Shown here: positions 25,470 through 48,692 of the stretch, piece by piece | How the letters are laid out: every line of letters starts with the position of its first letter | How positions within the stretch are numbered: the stretch's first letter is position 1 | Assembly (NCBI GenBank): GCA_012295275.1 | Contig: CM022675.1 | Span: 11,904,001-11,968,000, forward strand | DNA: 64,000 nt | Direction: 5' to 3' | DNA from: Chrysomallon squamiferum | Taxonomy: Eukaryota > Animalia > Mollusca | The notes under the pieces: generated by a model | The model's database searches: none | What the model was told of the DNA's origin: nothing | The model's input: only the letters and a program-made list of their open reading frames with translations | Translations under genes and position numbers: made by a program

Positions 25470-26964
25470 TTAATTATCTTTGTAGAATTACAGTATTAAT
25501 AACACATAGATATATACATATTTGTTTTATGTTACTTTCTTCTTTATTTTTCTATGTTACTTTGGCGGTTTCTTAAGTTAGAGTTTTTATAAGTATAATC
25601 TTGATAATTCTAACAAGTAATTCAGAGCTTACTTACACATTATTTTGGCTAATCATGAACGAAATCAAAACAACTTACTTACAAGGATGTGTGAAGGCTG
25701 AAATGTTCAATTTTGTTGTGACAGAATAATGTTTAAAATAATGAACAATTAGAAACAAATAAATAAAAAAGAACATCTGGAATAAATTTTAATCCGATTA
25801 CTACATCCTCAGTCTTTTAAGGATTTTTCTGCGTGTCTGTTTACCATTGTATGAATAAAAAATGCAAAATTATATTCTCTGTCATGCGTATTACATGAGA
25901 ACCATATAACTTGGAAGTATATGAAGTATATTCAGGTATTTGTGTGTGTGATATCAAGGGTGCCATTAATTGTGGTTAAAGAGAAGTAGTTTATTTAATA
26001 CTGATATTTAAATTTTTTCTGAATGTCGACTGTTGCAGTATAAATTATTTTCTTCTATAAATATCAAAATGTATGACTCTGAATGAATCAACATCAGTCT
26101 GTGATAGGAAGGTGTTTTAGGAACAAGGGTTTGCTAAGGTTATGAAGGAGGGCGTACAGATAATGTAAATTACTCCGCGAGAAATGTTTTGTAATCTGAA
26201 AATTCAGTTGCTTAGGTGGGTACAGATAATACCAAAGGTATTAGCTTATCTGTTACATACATGATGCTGTTCACACACACACACACACACACATACATAC
26301 ACACACACTCAAATCTGGGATGCTAAGGTTGTGCAGTAGGGCATGTAGATGATGTAGATTACTTCAACAGAAATACTGTCTAATCTGAAAATACAGTTTC
26401 TTTCTGGTGTAGAGATAATACAAAACATAATGACATATCTCTCACATACTCTAATTGTGTCATACCTTAACAATTATTTCATTCAAGAAGACTGTATGCA
26501 ATGTGTCATATTTTTGTGTTTCCAGTTTAAGTCCAGTTTTTGGACAAGTGAAGAATTGTAGACATGTATTACCCATTCTTTGTCAGACATCAGTAAATTT
26601 TAATGTGTGGCCACTCGTAGATAATCAGACAGACAGACTGACAGAAAGATTGTTATTTTGACAAGTTCCACGTTCAACAAGTTGATCTGTAAAACACCTC
26701 CAAATTCCCCACACCAATGCTCTTCTTTAACATTTATCTTTATCCTGTTTTTCTTATTTCCACTTTTTATCTCACTCACTGTGTCTGTCTTTTCAGTCAC
26801 AACAAACAAAATAATTCAAGCAGTGTGTTTTATTGATACATTTAGAAATATTTAAAAGATCAATTATTGTCAGCAGCAGTTGAAGCGTTGGCAGACAAAT
26901 TGTGACATAAGTGCAAAATAAGAAGAAGATGAAAATCCAAAAACGTAGTCTATGAAATAAATAA

Positions 26965-27041
<77 letters not shown>

Positions 27042-27135
27042 GAAAAAGAATATGACACCACAACTAATAATAATAATGAACTGATTTAAAATAATTCATT
27101 AATAAACCAAACAATATATAATAAAATTTGCTTAC

Positions 27136-27171
<36 letters not shown>

Positions 27172-27183
27172 GTAGTAGTAGTA

Positions 27184-27235
<52 letters not shown>

Positions 27236-27420
27236 CAATAATAATAATGCTATAAATATAAATAATAATAAAATATAAAAGAGAAATAATGAAAACAAAA
27301 TATTTATGAAAAGGTATAATTAGCAAACAGAAGCAGAAAGTCAAAGCATTTCAAAACAAATATATATGAAAATAACAAAAGCGTCTTTCTGTGATGGCCG
27401 CTGAAGAAAACTGAAGTTTT

Positions 27421-27757
27421 CTAATTTTCACAATTTTCTTTCCTCTGTCGTTTCCGGAGACGTACGACAGCGAAAACAACAATGAGAACAATCAGTAACG
27501 TTGCTATGGCAACGCCTACAACCATGGGGATGATGATTTGAGATTCAGGACTGGATTTGTTACCAGAAGTCTCCCCTTGACCTTCATCTGCGTTCTTGTC
27601 CTCCAGTGATCCTGTATAATACAAGAAATAATACTTAGGATGGTGATGACATTATAATTATAATTGTTACTATTATAATTTCTAACTTATGACTATATGG
27701 ATGCATGAATACAGACAAAAAGACAGAGACAGACAGACAGACAGAGGGATAGATAAA

Positions 27758-27824
<67 letters not shown>

Positions 27825-28107
27825 GCAGAAACAAAGATGGATAAAGAGACAGACATGCTAAAAGAAAAGAAGAGATATACAATTATATATATATAGTGAG
27901 AGACAGACAGACATATAGACAGAAAGACACAGACGGACACTGAAATGTTTATATCCGTATCAGAAAGAAACACAGGCAGGTAAAATAACTGACAGATTTA
28001 CCTGATGATTTTTGCTCGTCATAAAATTCAATGACAAATGTTTTCTTCACAGTAACATCAGAGTTTTCTGTTGATCCACGTTTTCTCCTTCCTTCATGGC
28101 AGGGATC
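27421..28107 (-). pseudogene. Inverted orphan fragment of the EGF-ZP gene (exons 9-10 plus 3' UTR)
   Basis: Exons 28002-28107 (DPCHEGRRKRGSTENSDVTVKKTFVIEFYDEQKSSG) and 27421-27611 (TM exon, ends ENCEN*) are open and keep their splice sites; homology to the plus copy stops at ~28283 inside intron 8. Confidence 0.75.
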
Positions 28108-29341
28108 CTGAAAGTATGTGTTATTTAATTACATCAACAACAACAACAACAACTTCATCTGTAACACACCTCCATTAATCCCATTTTTCATTATCAGTAG
28201 AATCTCGAAAAGATACAAACATAACATTCTTACGTACATGGAGACATCTAGATCAGTATGTTTATCAAAGGTGACAACACATGATTTAAAAAATATATGA
28301 AAAAAGAAAGAAAAAAGTTGTTTCAACAGAATCTGGAAATTCATTTCCATTACAATGTTAGATCCAAAGACTAGACTCACATACCGCTAAGTGCAGCAAA
28401 GTATTTTTGCGCATCTTTTTGCACATCTTTTTTGTGTAGTTTGTTCACTCTATCAACCAAGTGGAAAAAACCCCCCATCATTTATTCATTTTTCTCTGAT
28501 ACAGCTATTGATAATTCGCTGTCTTAGGACAAACTTAATTTAACTTTCATACAGCGAGAGCGGCAAGGGGTATTTCCACATCGTTTACTTTGTTTTACAA
28601 AGCAGACTCTGACATTTGCTTTTCTGTACTAACCACAGTGACAGGCACAGAGAGTGTCTAGTTTCTGTTGAGTAAATTCCTTTTAAAACTGATGCTGTTG
28701 TTTACTGTTTCGTCATAACTGAACGACATGCTGAAAACACGTTTATAACTTCAGACATTTGAGGTTTTGTGACATAAAAGGGAAGGGAAATTCGTGACGA
28801 GGGTGTGTTTGATATGGAATGAATGTTCTGTTGTCTTTAGTGAATATGCACACAGACAAAATTCGGGAACGCCCTGTCACATGAGGACAGCCTTAGCTTT
28901 GGCCTTTACAAAACAATATTGTAAAATAGATACAATATTCCGAAAAATTAAAAATGTCATTGCTTATTTTTGAAAAAATAACAAATAAAAATACAAAAAT
29001 CAACTGAAACATTATACATTTTAAATTACTGTTATTTATTTATTTTGTTTGTTTGTTTCCTGTCGCCAGGTGAGGAACGCACACACACACACGCACACAC
29101 ACACATACACACACTTACACACACAGACACACACACAGATATATACACACACACACACACACTCACACACACACAGACACACACACAGATATATATATAT
29201 ATATATACACACATACATAAACACATATATAAACAAAGACACACACACACTCACTCACACACACAGTCTCACTCACACACAGATACACACACAGATATAT
29301 ATATATATATATACACACACATACATAAACACATATATAAA

Positions 29342-29382
<41 letters not shown>

Positions 29383-29748
29383 CCTGTAATCACCATAAAT
29401 ATTGACATTAAATGACCAGATAAACTTCTGTATTTTCAGTTACTTATTTCAGACACATCAGGTTTTAATGTTGTTCTTTCTGCTTTACGCTGTGAATGTT
29501 AAGTTAACAAAAAAACATTAATTAATTAAATTAGAAATAATAAAGTAAAATATAATATGTGAATAAATAAATTAGTAACAGAAAACAAAGAAAAACTAAT
29601 ACAACGATATAAATAAACAAATAGTTTTGATAATCAGTACTATAAAATAGGCAATTAAGGAAAGAAAGAAACAAGTTATATATATAAACAGAACCAGATA
29701 GTGATAATCTACTAAACTCCATTACATTCTGTTCGAAATATAATAATT

Positions 29749-29780
<32 letters not shown>

Positions 29781-29872
29781 TAATAATAACCAGAAATACG
29801 AAAAGGAAAGATACATTACCATAAAAGGTTATCAAAAGATTCCTTGACAATAATTATGTCTTACGACATCAC

Positions 29873-30073
29873 ATTGGTCAGAATGCATTTTATTACAAAA
29901 TAGTCTATTGGTCGACAGCCACTCGAGAGGCGGGACAAATCTGTCATAATTTCTTGTCACTTAAATATTCTGCTTACGTAATTATTAATAATTTTGTGCG
30001 AGTTAATATAAATTGACCGAGAATAAAACTGACGAGCAGAGTGCGGCGAGAAAAGTCTAGAAACTGAAAAGAG
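29873..30073 (+). promoter_or_regulatory. Putative EGF-ZP promoter and non-coding first exon
   Basis: ATTGG at 29873 and 29907, GGCGGG at 29929, strong donor GAG|GTAAGT at 30074; the ATG exon has an acceptor (tttcag, 32946) just upstream of the ATG, which implies an upstream non-coding exon. Conserved at ~47763-47972 and ~62338-62537 (minus). Confidence 0.5.
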
Positions 30074-30277
30074 GTAAGTTTTTGAAGATGCTATTTTATA
30101 TATATATATATATATTCATATATATTTTTTAAAGAAGTAAGTTATGATTATCGATAAAAGTGGGTGTAAAAACTAAAGTTTTGCTCTAATTTCAAGATTT
30201 ATTATGACACAAGTTCGTTAATGATGTAACAAATGTTTTTCGGTGTCGAAAAATGTATTTCAGTAATAAAACTATGT

Positions 30278-30364
<87 letters not shown>

Positions 30365-30404
30365 GTCTGTCTGTCTGTCTGTCCCTCTATCATATATAAC
30401 AAGA

Positions 30405-30710
30405 AAGAAATACTGTTACATAACTCCATTATGTTCAGATAATTTTATAACTTGAAAGTTGTTTTCAAAAATACACCAGGTATAACGAGCACCCGCTTTT
30501 ATCATAGCTCTTGATACGTGCAGCCCAGCTTTTGGGAAGGTCCGTGAAAAAGTCCACTTACTGCTAGATAAAAATAGTAGACCATACTATGTTTGGTAGT
30601 GTTATTCTATTTTTATATGTTCGTAATAAACAAACGTATATAACAAGAAAAAAAGAAAAAAAAAGATAAAAGCAACCACACAAAAATAAACATATAAATA
30701 AATACGCAAA

Positions 30711-30757
<47 letters not shown>

Positions 30758-31200
30758 ACAAATAAATAAATAAATAAATAACTAGTGACAAGATGTAATG
30801 AAATTAGTATAACACTTGGCTTTTTGATGGAGATAGAAATAAAATTTGGTTGCAGCAGAATATTTTAAATTGTACCTAGATCTTTACTAGTCTCAAAATA
30901 CAACAAAGAAATACTGTTACATAACTGTTCAGATAATTTTATAACTTGAAACTTGTCTTCAAAAATACACCAGGTATAACCAGCACCCGCTTTTATCATA
31001 GCTCTTGATACGTGCAGCCCAGCTTTTGGGAAGGTTCGTGAAAAAGTCCACTTACTGCTAGATAAAAATAGTAGACCATACGATGTTTGGTAGCGTTATT
31101 CTATTTCGTAATAAACAAACGAACATAACAAGAAAAAAAGAAAAAAAAAAAAAAAGCAAAAGCAACCACACAAAAATAAACATATAAATAAATACGCAAA

Positions 31201-31273
<73 letters not shown>

Positions 31274-31385
31274 GATGAAAATATGTAATGAAATTAGTAT
31301 AACACTTGGCTTATGATGGAGATAGAAATAAACTTTGGTTGCAGCAGAATATTTAAAATTGTACCTAGATCTTTACTAGTCCCAA
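30405..31385 (+). repeat. ~500-bp direct tandem duplication in the first intron
   Basis: AAAGAAATACTGTTACATAAC...AGATCTTTACTAGT occurs twice here and twice at ~48290-49280, but once at ~61540-62010. Confidence 0.85.
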
Positions 31386-31690
31386 AATTATAAACATCTG
31401 ACGAACTTTGCTTCGGTTGAGAGAGGCTGTTTACCCTTTGTTGTTAGTGTTGGTTAGTTACATGTTTAATTAGAGAGACAGACGATAGTTAGAATGTTAG
31501 ACACGGACCAGTCGAAGAAAAACTAACTATTTAACGTCACAGTGAGGACGGCTGGTTAGTATGTTAGAAGATGAATGAAATAAATTTTGATGTCAAACTG
31601 AGAACGACGAATTGGACGAGAAGCTAATTGTCTGTGTGTACTTTAGTGTGTTAGAAATGGGTTTATGAATATATTAAAGAAAGTTGTAAC

Positions 31691-31735
<45 letters not shown>

Positions 31736-32317
31736 TGATTCAGGGATCACAAGTTTTGCTTCAGTGCTTGATGTATTTCGCAAATTTCAAAAGTCGTTAC
31801 AAACTTTTCAGAATGTGAATTCAAGCGAACGGAAGCGTTCTAATTTAAAATGAGTACTTTTGTACTTTTTAATACAAACACGAAATGTTTTGCTGCTTCA
31901 GGAAAAAATTAAGCCCTGCATCAAAATCAAGTTTTTATCAAGCGAATACATCAATAATAAACTTTTTTTTTTTTTTTTTTTTTTTGCTCTTTCGATGCGA
32001 GACATTTCTTTGACGAAAGTCAGACAACACCCACAAAAAAAACGAAGAAGAGAAAAATTGCATCTGACGTCATAACTAAAGGATGCGTTCAAGATCAGTG
32101 GTGGAATTAAATAAGCGTCAGAACATAATGGCGGCGTCCTGTGACTTGAGCGCGCCTAACTCCAACTTTCTTTTGTATATTATATATTTTTTTTAGCTTA
32201 TTTATGAATTTTTTAACTTTTTTTGAAATTTTGGTCATTTCATTTCAATTAAAAAGTTTCGCATGAAAAATTAAGAGTTTTAAATAAATCTTTGAAAGTG
32301 AAAGGCAAATTATTCAA

Positions 32318-32386
<69 letters not shown>

Positions 32387-32714
32387 ACTACTTTTATTCA
32401 ATTTTCGTTTTAAAAGGAAAAATAGCGTGGCTATGGATAAGTGCACACAACCATAAAAAGTTATATTACCTAAAGCATTTTTATAAATACCAAAAAAAGA
32501 AGTGTCACTAGTCCCATAGAAATAATAGCTTCATTTGTTTCTGTGTATATGCATGTTCTTGTTTGTACGTGTGCATGTTTCTGTTGTATAGTTTTGTTTT
32601 TTTGCGTTTGTATGTCTCTGTTTTGACATGTTTCTGTTTGATTACTTCAATGTATCTATTGGTATTAGTCAGCTTTTTTTTCGGGGGCGGGGCGCATGCT
32701 TGTGTTTGTGCATG

Positions 32715-32756
<42 letters not shown>

Positions 32757-32957
32757 CAGGTTTCAAACTTCGGTCTGCCTGTTTGTTTATGACCGTTATT
32801 TTTTTTGTATCGATCTTTCGATCTAGTTGTTTATTTATTTGTATGTCTGTCTGTCTACCTTCTAACTCTCTACCTATCCATTCATCAACAGATATTGATA
32901 TTTTCCAGTTAACTGGTTTTACGTTTACTCTCAAAATCTGTTTCAGAGTATTCAACA

Positions 32958-41233
<8,276 letters not shown>

Positions 41234-41405
41234 AAAACTTCAGTTTTCTTCAGCGGCCATCATTGAAAGACGCTTTTGTTATTTTTATATATTTTTTAAA
41301 ATGCTTTGACTTTCTGCTTCCGTTTTCTAACTACACCTTGTCATAAATATTTTCTTTTATATTTTATTATTCTTCATATTTATGGCATTATTATTATTGT
41401 TGTTG

Positions 41406-41481
<76 letters not shown>

Positions 41482-41815
41482 GTAAGCAAATTTTATTATA
41501 TACTGCTTGGTTTATTAATAAATTATAACATTTTAAATCAGTTTATTATTATTATTGGTGGTGGTGTTATATTCTTTTTCATTGAATTAATTAATTATTT
41601 ATTTATTTATGTATTTATTTCATAGACTAGGATTTTGTATTTTCATCTTCTTCTTATTTTTCACTTACGCCTCAATTTGTCTGCCAAAGCTTCAACTGCC
41701 GCTGACAATAATTGATCATTTAAATATTTCTAACTGAATAAATAAAACATACTGCTTCAATTATTTTGTTTGTTATGACTAAAAAGACAGAGTGAGTGAG
41801 ATAAAAACGATTTAA

Positions 41816-42950
41816 GATGATCAAGGTAACTAACTCTTGTAATCCTTTACTACTGGGTAAATGCGTACAAGAGTTAACTCTCTTCGGCTGCACTGATCTA
41901 TAAACTGAAACGCAATGCCAAGTGTATCGTAGTTGATAAATTCATTAATTTTTTGTTTTGTTGTTGGAACAAAATGAGAGAACTGAGAAAAGCTAACAGC
42001 GTGGAAATAGTGAATAGATCAGCCTAACCCTCGACATATATTTTATAGTTCTGCTGTTTTGAAAATAAAGTTATCCAATACGCACTTTTATTCTTTCTTT
42101 TTTTTTTTTTTAATTTGTAATAGTGAAAGGATAAGTATTCCATAAATCATTGTATTTTAACAGTCAAGCAATATTCAGTTTATTCAGTCAGTTGTTTGAC
42201 ATTTGTTTACATCCATGTCTGAAATATGCTGGTCTTGGGCAGCCATTCTTTCAAGATACCTGCACCGTTTGTATTAATTTACTGTCACACATTTCAGTTA
42301 CTAAGTTTCTACTAATCAACGACAAAACTTCATCACTAGTAAAATAACTTTTTGTTTCATAAAAATTAAAAATATTTTTGTTAGTGCGCTGCATTTTTTT
42401 CTTCGCTATTAAAATAAATAAACAAAAAAGAAAACTAAAGAAAAAAGGAACGAAAGAAAGAAAAAACATCGAGCACTGAATCATTTCAACTCTTAATAAT
42501 TTAAATTATGACAAAAAAAAATTCTGTTTTACTAATATCAACCGTATAGAAATGACCTTTGCTTAGACGAAATGCAACAGTAACAAAACAAAAAATATAA
42601 TAGATATTCTTGTCGTTGCTGGAAATGGATATTAACTGGTTAGGGTAAAAGGTTCGACATGTCCAGAAATTGTCAGATGTTCATGAATTGGATCTAAATT
42701 AATTAGAATTCCCAGCAGCAAGTAACTCAGAAATACTGAAGGCCAAATTCACTTCACTGAAACACGACATCAGAATTTATCATGTTACTTACACTGAAAT
42801 GAACATAGATTATGATAAATGAACAATACCTATCTCACCTGTGACACATGTCACTGCTTTCAGTTTATAGATCAGTGCAGCCGAAGAGAGTTAACTCTTG
42901 TACGCATTTACTGAGTAGTAAGGATACAAGAGTTAGTTACCTTGATCATC
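41816..42950. mobile_element. Second copy of the long-TIR element
   Basis: Same inverted termini, carried in the second tandem unit. Confidence 0.65.
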
Positions 42951-43169
42951 GTGTTACAGGAGAGAGAGAGAGAAAAAAAAACCAATTCATATTTTCTTTT
43001 ATAGTGTAAATTATTGGTATCTTTTACAAAATATTAAAACTTATGTTTTTAATTTATATTTTCATAGATATATATTTATAACAGCTTAATGCATTCATTT
43101 TGTTTTCAAGAAATGCCTCAAAATGATTTCTTCAGAAAAATGTCATCAACCCTTTCAAATTACTTGTTG

Positions 43170-43240
<71 letters not shown>

Positions 43241-44737
43241 TTAATTATCTTTGTAGAATTACAGTATTAATAACACATAGATATATACATATTTGTTTTA
43301 TGTTACTTTCTTCTTTATTTTTCTATGTTACTTTGGCGGTTTCTTAAGTTAGAGTTTTTGTAAGTATAATCTTGATAATTCTAACAAGTAATTCAGAGCT
43401 TACTTACACATTATTTTGGCTAATCATGAACGAAATCAAAACAACTTACTTACAAGGATGTGTGAAGGCTGAAATGTTCAATTTTGTTGTGACAGAATAA
43501 TGTTTAAAATAATGAACAATTAGAAACAAATAAATAAAAAAGAACATCTGGAATAAATTTTAATCCGATTACTACATCCTCAGTCTTTTAAGGATTTTTC
43601 TGCGTGTCTGTTTACCATTGTATGAATAAAAAATGCAAAATTATATTCTCTGTCATGCGTATTACATGAGAACCATATAACTTGGAAGTATATGAAGTAT
43701 ATTCAGGTATTTGTGTGTGTGATATCAAGGGTGCCATTAATTGTGGTTAAAGAGAAGTAGTTTATTTAATACTGATATTTAAATTTTTTTCTGAATGTCG
43801 ACTGTTGCAGTATAAATTATTTTCTTCTATAAATATCAAAATGTATGACTCTGAATGAATCAACATCAGTCTGTGATAGGAAGGTGTTTTAGGAACAAGG
43901 GTTTGCTAAGGTTATGAAGGAGGGCGTACAGATAATGTAAATTACTCCATGAGAAATGTTTTGTAATCTGAAAATTCAGTTGCTTAGGTGGGTACAGATA
44001 ATACCAAAGGTATTAGCTTATCTGTTACATACATGATGCTGTTCACACACACACACACACACACATACATACACACACACTCAAATCTGGGATGCTAAGG
44101 TTGTGCAGTAGGGCATGTAGATGATGTAGATTACTTCAACAGAAATACTGTCTAATCTGAAAATACAGTTTCTTTCTGGTGTAGAGATAATACAAAACAT
44201 AATGACATATCTCTCACATACTCTAATTGTGTCATACCTTAACAATTATTTCATTCAAGAAGACTGTATGCAATGTGTCATATTTTTGTGTTTCCAGTTT
44301 AAGTCCAGTTTTTGGACAAGTGAAGAATTGTAGACATGTATTACCCATTCTTTGTCAGACATCAGTAAATTTTAATGTGTGGCCACTCGTAGATAATCAG
44401 ACAGACAGACTGACAGAAAGATTGTTATTTTGACAAGTTCCACGTTCAACAAGTTGATCTGTAAAAACACCTCCAAATTCCCCACACCAATGCTCTTCTT
44501 TAACATTTATCTTTATCCTGTTTTTCTTATTTCCACTTTTTATCTCACTCACTGTGTCTGTCTTTTCAGTCACAACAAACAAAATAATTCAAGCAGTGTG
44601 TTTTATTGATACATTTAGAAATATTTAAAAGATCAATTATTGTCAGCAGCAGTTGAAGCGTTGGCAGACAAATTGTGACATAAGTGCAAAATAAGAAGAA
44701 GATGAAAATCCAAAAACGTAGTCTATGAAATAAATAA

Positions 44738-44806
<69 letters not shown>

Positions 44807-44900
44807 GAAAAAGAATATGACACCACAACTAATAATAATAATGAACTGATTTAAAATAATTCATTAATAAACCAAACAATATATAATAAAATTTGCTTAC

Positions 44901-44936
<36 letters not shown>

Positions 44937-44945
44937 GTAGTAGTA

Positions 44946-44991
<46 letters not shown>

Positions 44992-45182
44992 TAACAACAA
45001 TAATAATAATGCTATAAATATAAATAATAATAAAATATAAAAGAGAAATAATGAAAACAAAATATTTATGAAAAGGTATAATTAGCAAACAGAAGCAGAA
45101 AGTCAAAGCATTTCAAAACAAATATATATGAAAATAACAAAAGCGTCTTTCTGTGATGGCCGCTGAAGAAAACTGAAGTTTT

Positions 45183-45517
45183 CTAATTTTCACAATTTTC
45201 TTTCCTCTGTCGTTTCCGGAGACGTACGACAGCGAAAACAACAATGAGAACAATCAGTAACGTTGCTATGGCAACGCCTACAACCATGGGGATGATGATT
45301 TGAGATTCAGGACTGGATTTGTTACCAGAAGTCTCCCCTTGACCTTCATCTGCGTTCTTGTCCTCCAGTGATCCTGTATAATACAAGAAATAATACAGGA
45401 TGGTGATGACATTATAATTATAATTGTTACTATTATAATTTCTAACTTATGACTATATGGATGCATGAATACAGACAAAAAGACAGAGACAGACAGACAG
45501 ACAGAGGGATAGATAAA

Positions 45518-45580
<63 letters not shown>

Positions 45581-45860
45581 GCAGAAACAAAGATGGATAA
45601 AGAGACAGACATGCTAAAAGAAAAGAAGAGATATACAATTATATATATATATATCAGACAGACATATAGACGCAGACAGACACAGACGGACACTGAAATG
45701 TTTATATCCGTATCAGAAAGAAACACAGGCAGGTAAAATAACTGACAGATTTACCTGATGATTTTTGCTCGTCATAAAATTCAATGACAAATGTTTTCTT
45801 CACAGTAACATCAGAGTTTTCTGTTGATCCACGTTTTCTCCTTCCTTCATGGCAGGGATC
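45183..45860 (-). pseudogene. Inverted orphan fragment of the EGF-ZP gene (exons 9-10 plus 3' UTR), second unit
   Basis: Exons 45755-45860 and 45183-45373, same translation as 27421-28107. Confidence 0.75.
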
Positions 45861-46999
45861 CTGAAAGTATGTGTTATTTAATTACATCAACAACAACAAC
45901 AACAACAGCATCTGTAACACACCTCCATTAATCCCATTTTTCATTATCAGTAGAATCTCGAAAAGATACAAACATAACATTCTTACGTACATGGAGACAT
46001 CTAGATCAGTATGTTTATCAAAGGTGACAACACATGATTTAAAAAATATATGAAAAAAGAAAGAAAAAAGTTGTTTCAACAGAATCTGGAAATTCATTTC
46101 CATTACAATGTTAGATCCAAAGACTAGACTCACATACCGCTAAGTGCAGCAAAGTATTTTTGCGCATCTTTTTGCACATCTTTTTGTGTAGTTTGTTCAC
46201 TCTATCAACCAAGTGGAAAAAACCCCCATCATTTATTCATTTTTCTCTGATACAGCTATTGATAATTCGCTGTCTCAGGACAAACTTAATTTAACTTTCA
46301 TACAGCGAGAGCGGCAAGGGGTATTTCCACATCGTTTACTTTGTTTTACAAAGCAGACTCTGACATTTGCTTTTCTGTACTAACCACAGTGACAGGCACA
46401 GAGAGTGTCTAGTTTCTGTTGAGTAAATTGCTTTTAAAACTGATGCTGTTGTTTACTGTTTCGTCATAACTGAACGACATGCTGAAAACACGTTTATAAC
46501 TTACGTTTCGGGTGACTGAAATTATCTCGAGTATAAATATTCTGTTATTATTATTTTTATTATTATTTTTTTTTTATTTTTTTTTTTTTTACTGTCCAGT
46601 ATTGCTCATCATTTTAGGTGGAGCAAATAACATCAAGGTAATCCTAAGTTTTATTCTGTTCATGATGTAAACATCAGACATTTGAGGTTTTGTGACATAA
46701 AAGGGAAGGGAAATTCGTGACGAGGGTGTGTTTGATATGGAATGAATGTTCTGTTGTCTTTAGTGAATATGCACACAGACAAAATTCGGGAACGCCCTGT
46801 CACATGAGGACAGCCTTAGCTTTGGCCTTTACAAAACAATATTGTAAAATAGATACAATATTCCGAAAAATTAAAAATGTCATTGCTTATTTTTGAAAAA
46901 ATAACAAATAAAAATACAAAAATCAACTGAAACATTATACATTTTAAATTACTGTTATTTATTTATTTTGTTTGTTTGTTTCCTGTCGCCAGGTGAGGA

Positions 47000-47056
<57 letters not shown>

Positions 47057-48176
47057 TATATACACACACACACACACTCACACACACACAGACACACACA
47101 CAGATATATATATATATATATACACACACATACATAAACACATATATAAACAAAGACACACACACAGTCTCACTCACACACAGATACACACACAGATATA
47201 TATATATACACACACATACATAAACACATATATAAACAAACACACACACACACACACACACACACATCCTGTAATCACCATAAATATTGACATTAAATGA
47301 CCAGATAAACTTCTGTATTTTCAGTTACTTATTTCAGACACATCAGGTTTTAATGTTGTTCTTTCTGCTTTACGCTGTGAATGTTAAGTTAACAAAAAAA
47401 CATTAATTAATTAAATTAGAAATAATAAAGTAAAATATAATATGTGAATAAATAAATTAGTAACAGAAAACAAAGAAAAACTAATACAACGATATAAATA
47501 AACAAATAGTTTTGATAATCAGTACTATAAAATAGGCAATTAAGGAAAGAAAGAAACAAGTTATATATATAAACAGAACCAGATAGTGATAATATACTAA
47601 ACTCCATTACATTCTGTTCGAAATATAATAATTTTATAAAAAAGAAAAAGAAAAAAAAAAAAAAAAAGGATAATAATAACCAGAAATACGAAAAGGAAAG
47701 ATACATTACCATAAAAGGTTATCAAAAGATTCCTTGACAATAATTATGTCTTACGACATCACATTGGTCAGAATGCATTTTATTACAAAATAGTCTATTG
47801 GTCGACAGCCACTCGAGAGGCGGGACAAATCTGTCATAATTTCTTGTCACTTAAATATTCTGCTTACGTAATTATTAATAATTTTTTTTATTTTGTTCGA
47901 GTTAATATAAATTGACCGAGAATAAAACTGACGAGCAGAGTGCGGCGAGAAAAGTCTAGAAACTGAAAAGAGGTAAGTTTTTGAAGATGCTATTTTATAT
48001 ATATATATATATATTCATATATATTTTTTAAAGAAGTAAGTTATGATTATCGATAAAAGTGGGTGTAAAAACTAAAGTTTTGCTCTAATTTCAAGATTTA
48101 TTATGACACAAGTTCGTTAATGATGTAACAAATGTTTTTCGGTGTCGAAAAATGTATTTCAATAATAAAACTATGT

Positions 48177-48270
<94 letters not shown>

Positions 48271-48597
48271 CCTCTATCATATATAACAAGAAAGAAATAC
48301 TGTTACATAACTCCATTATGTTCAGATAATTTTATAACTTGAAAGTTGTTTTCAAAAATACACCAGGTATAACGAGCACCCGCTTTTATCATAGCTCTTG
48401 ATACGTGCAGCCCAGCTTTTGGGAAGGTCCGTGAAAAAGTCCACTTACTGCTAGATAAAAATAGTAGACCATACTATGTTTGGTAGTGTTATTCTATTTT
48501 TATATGTTCGTAATAAACAAACGTATATAACAAGAAAAAAAGAAAAAAAAAGATAAAAGCAACCACACAAAAATAAACATATAAATAAATACGCAAA

Positions 48598-48692
<95 letters not shown>

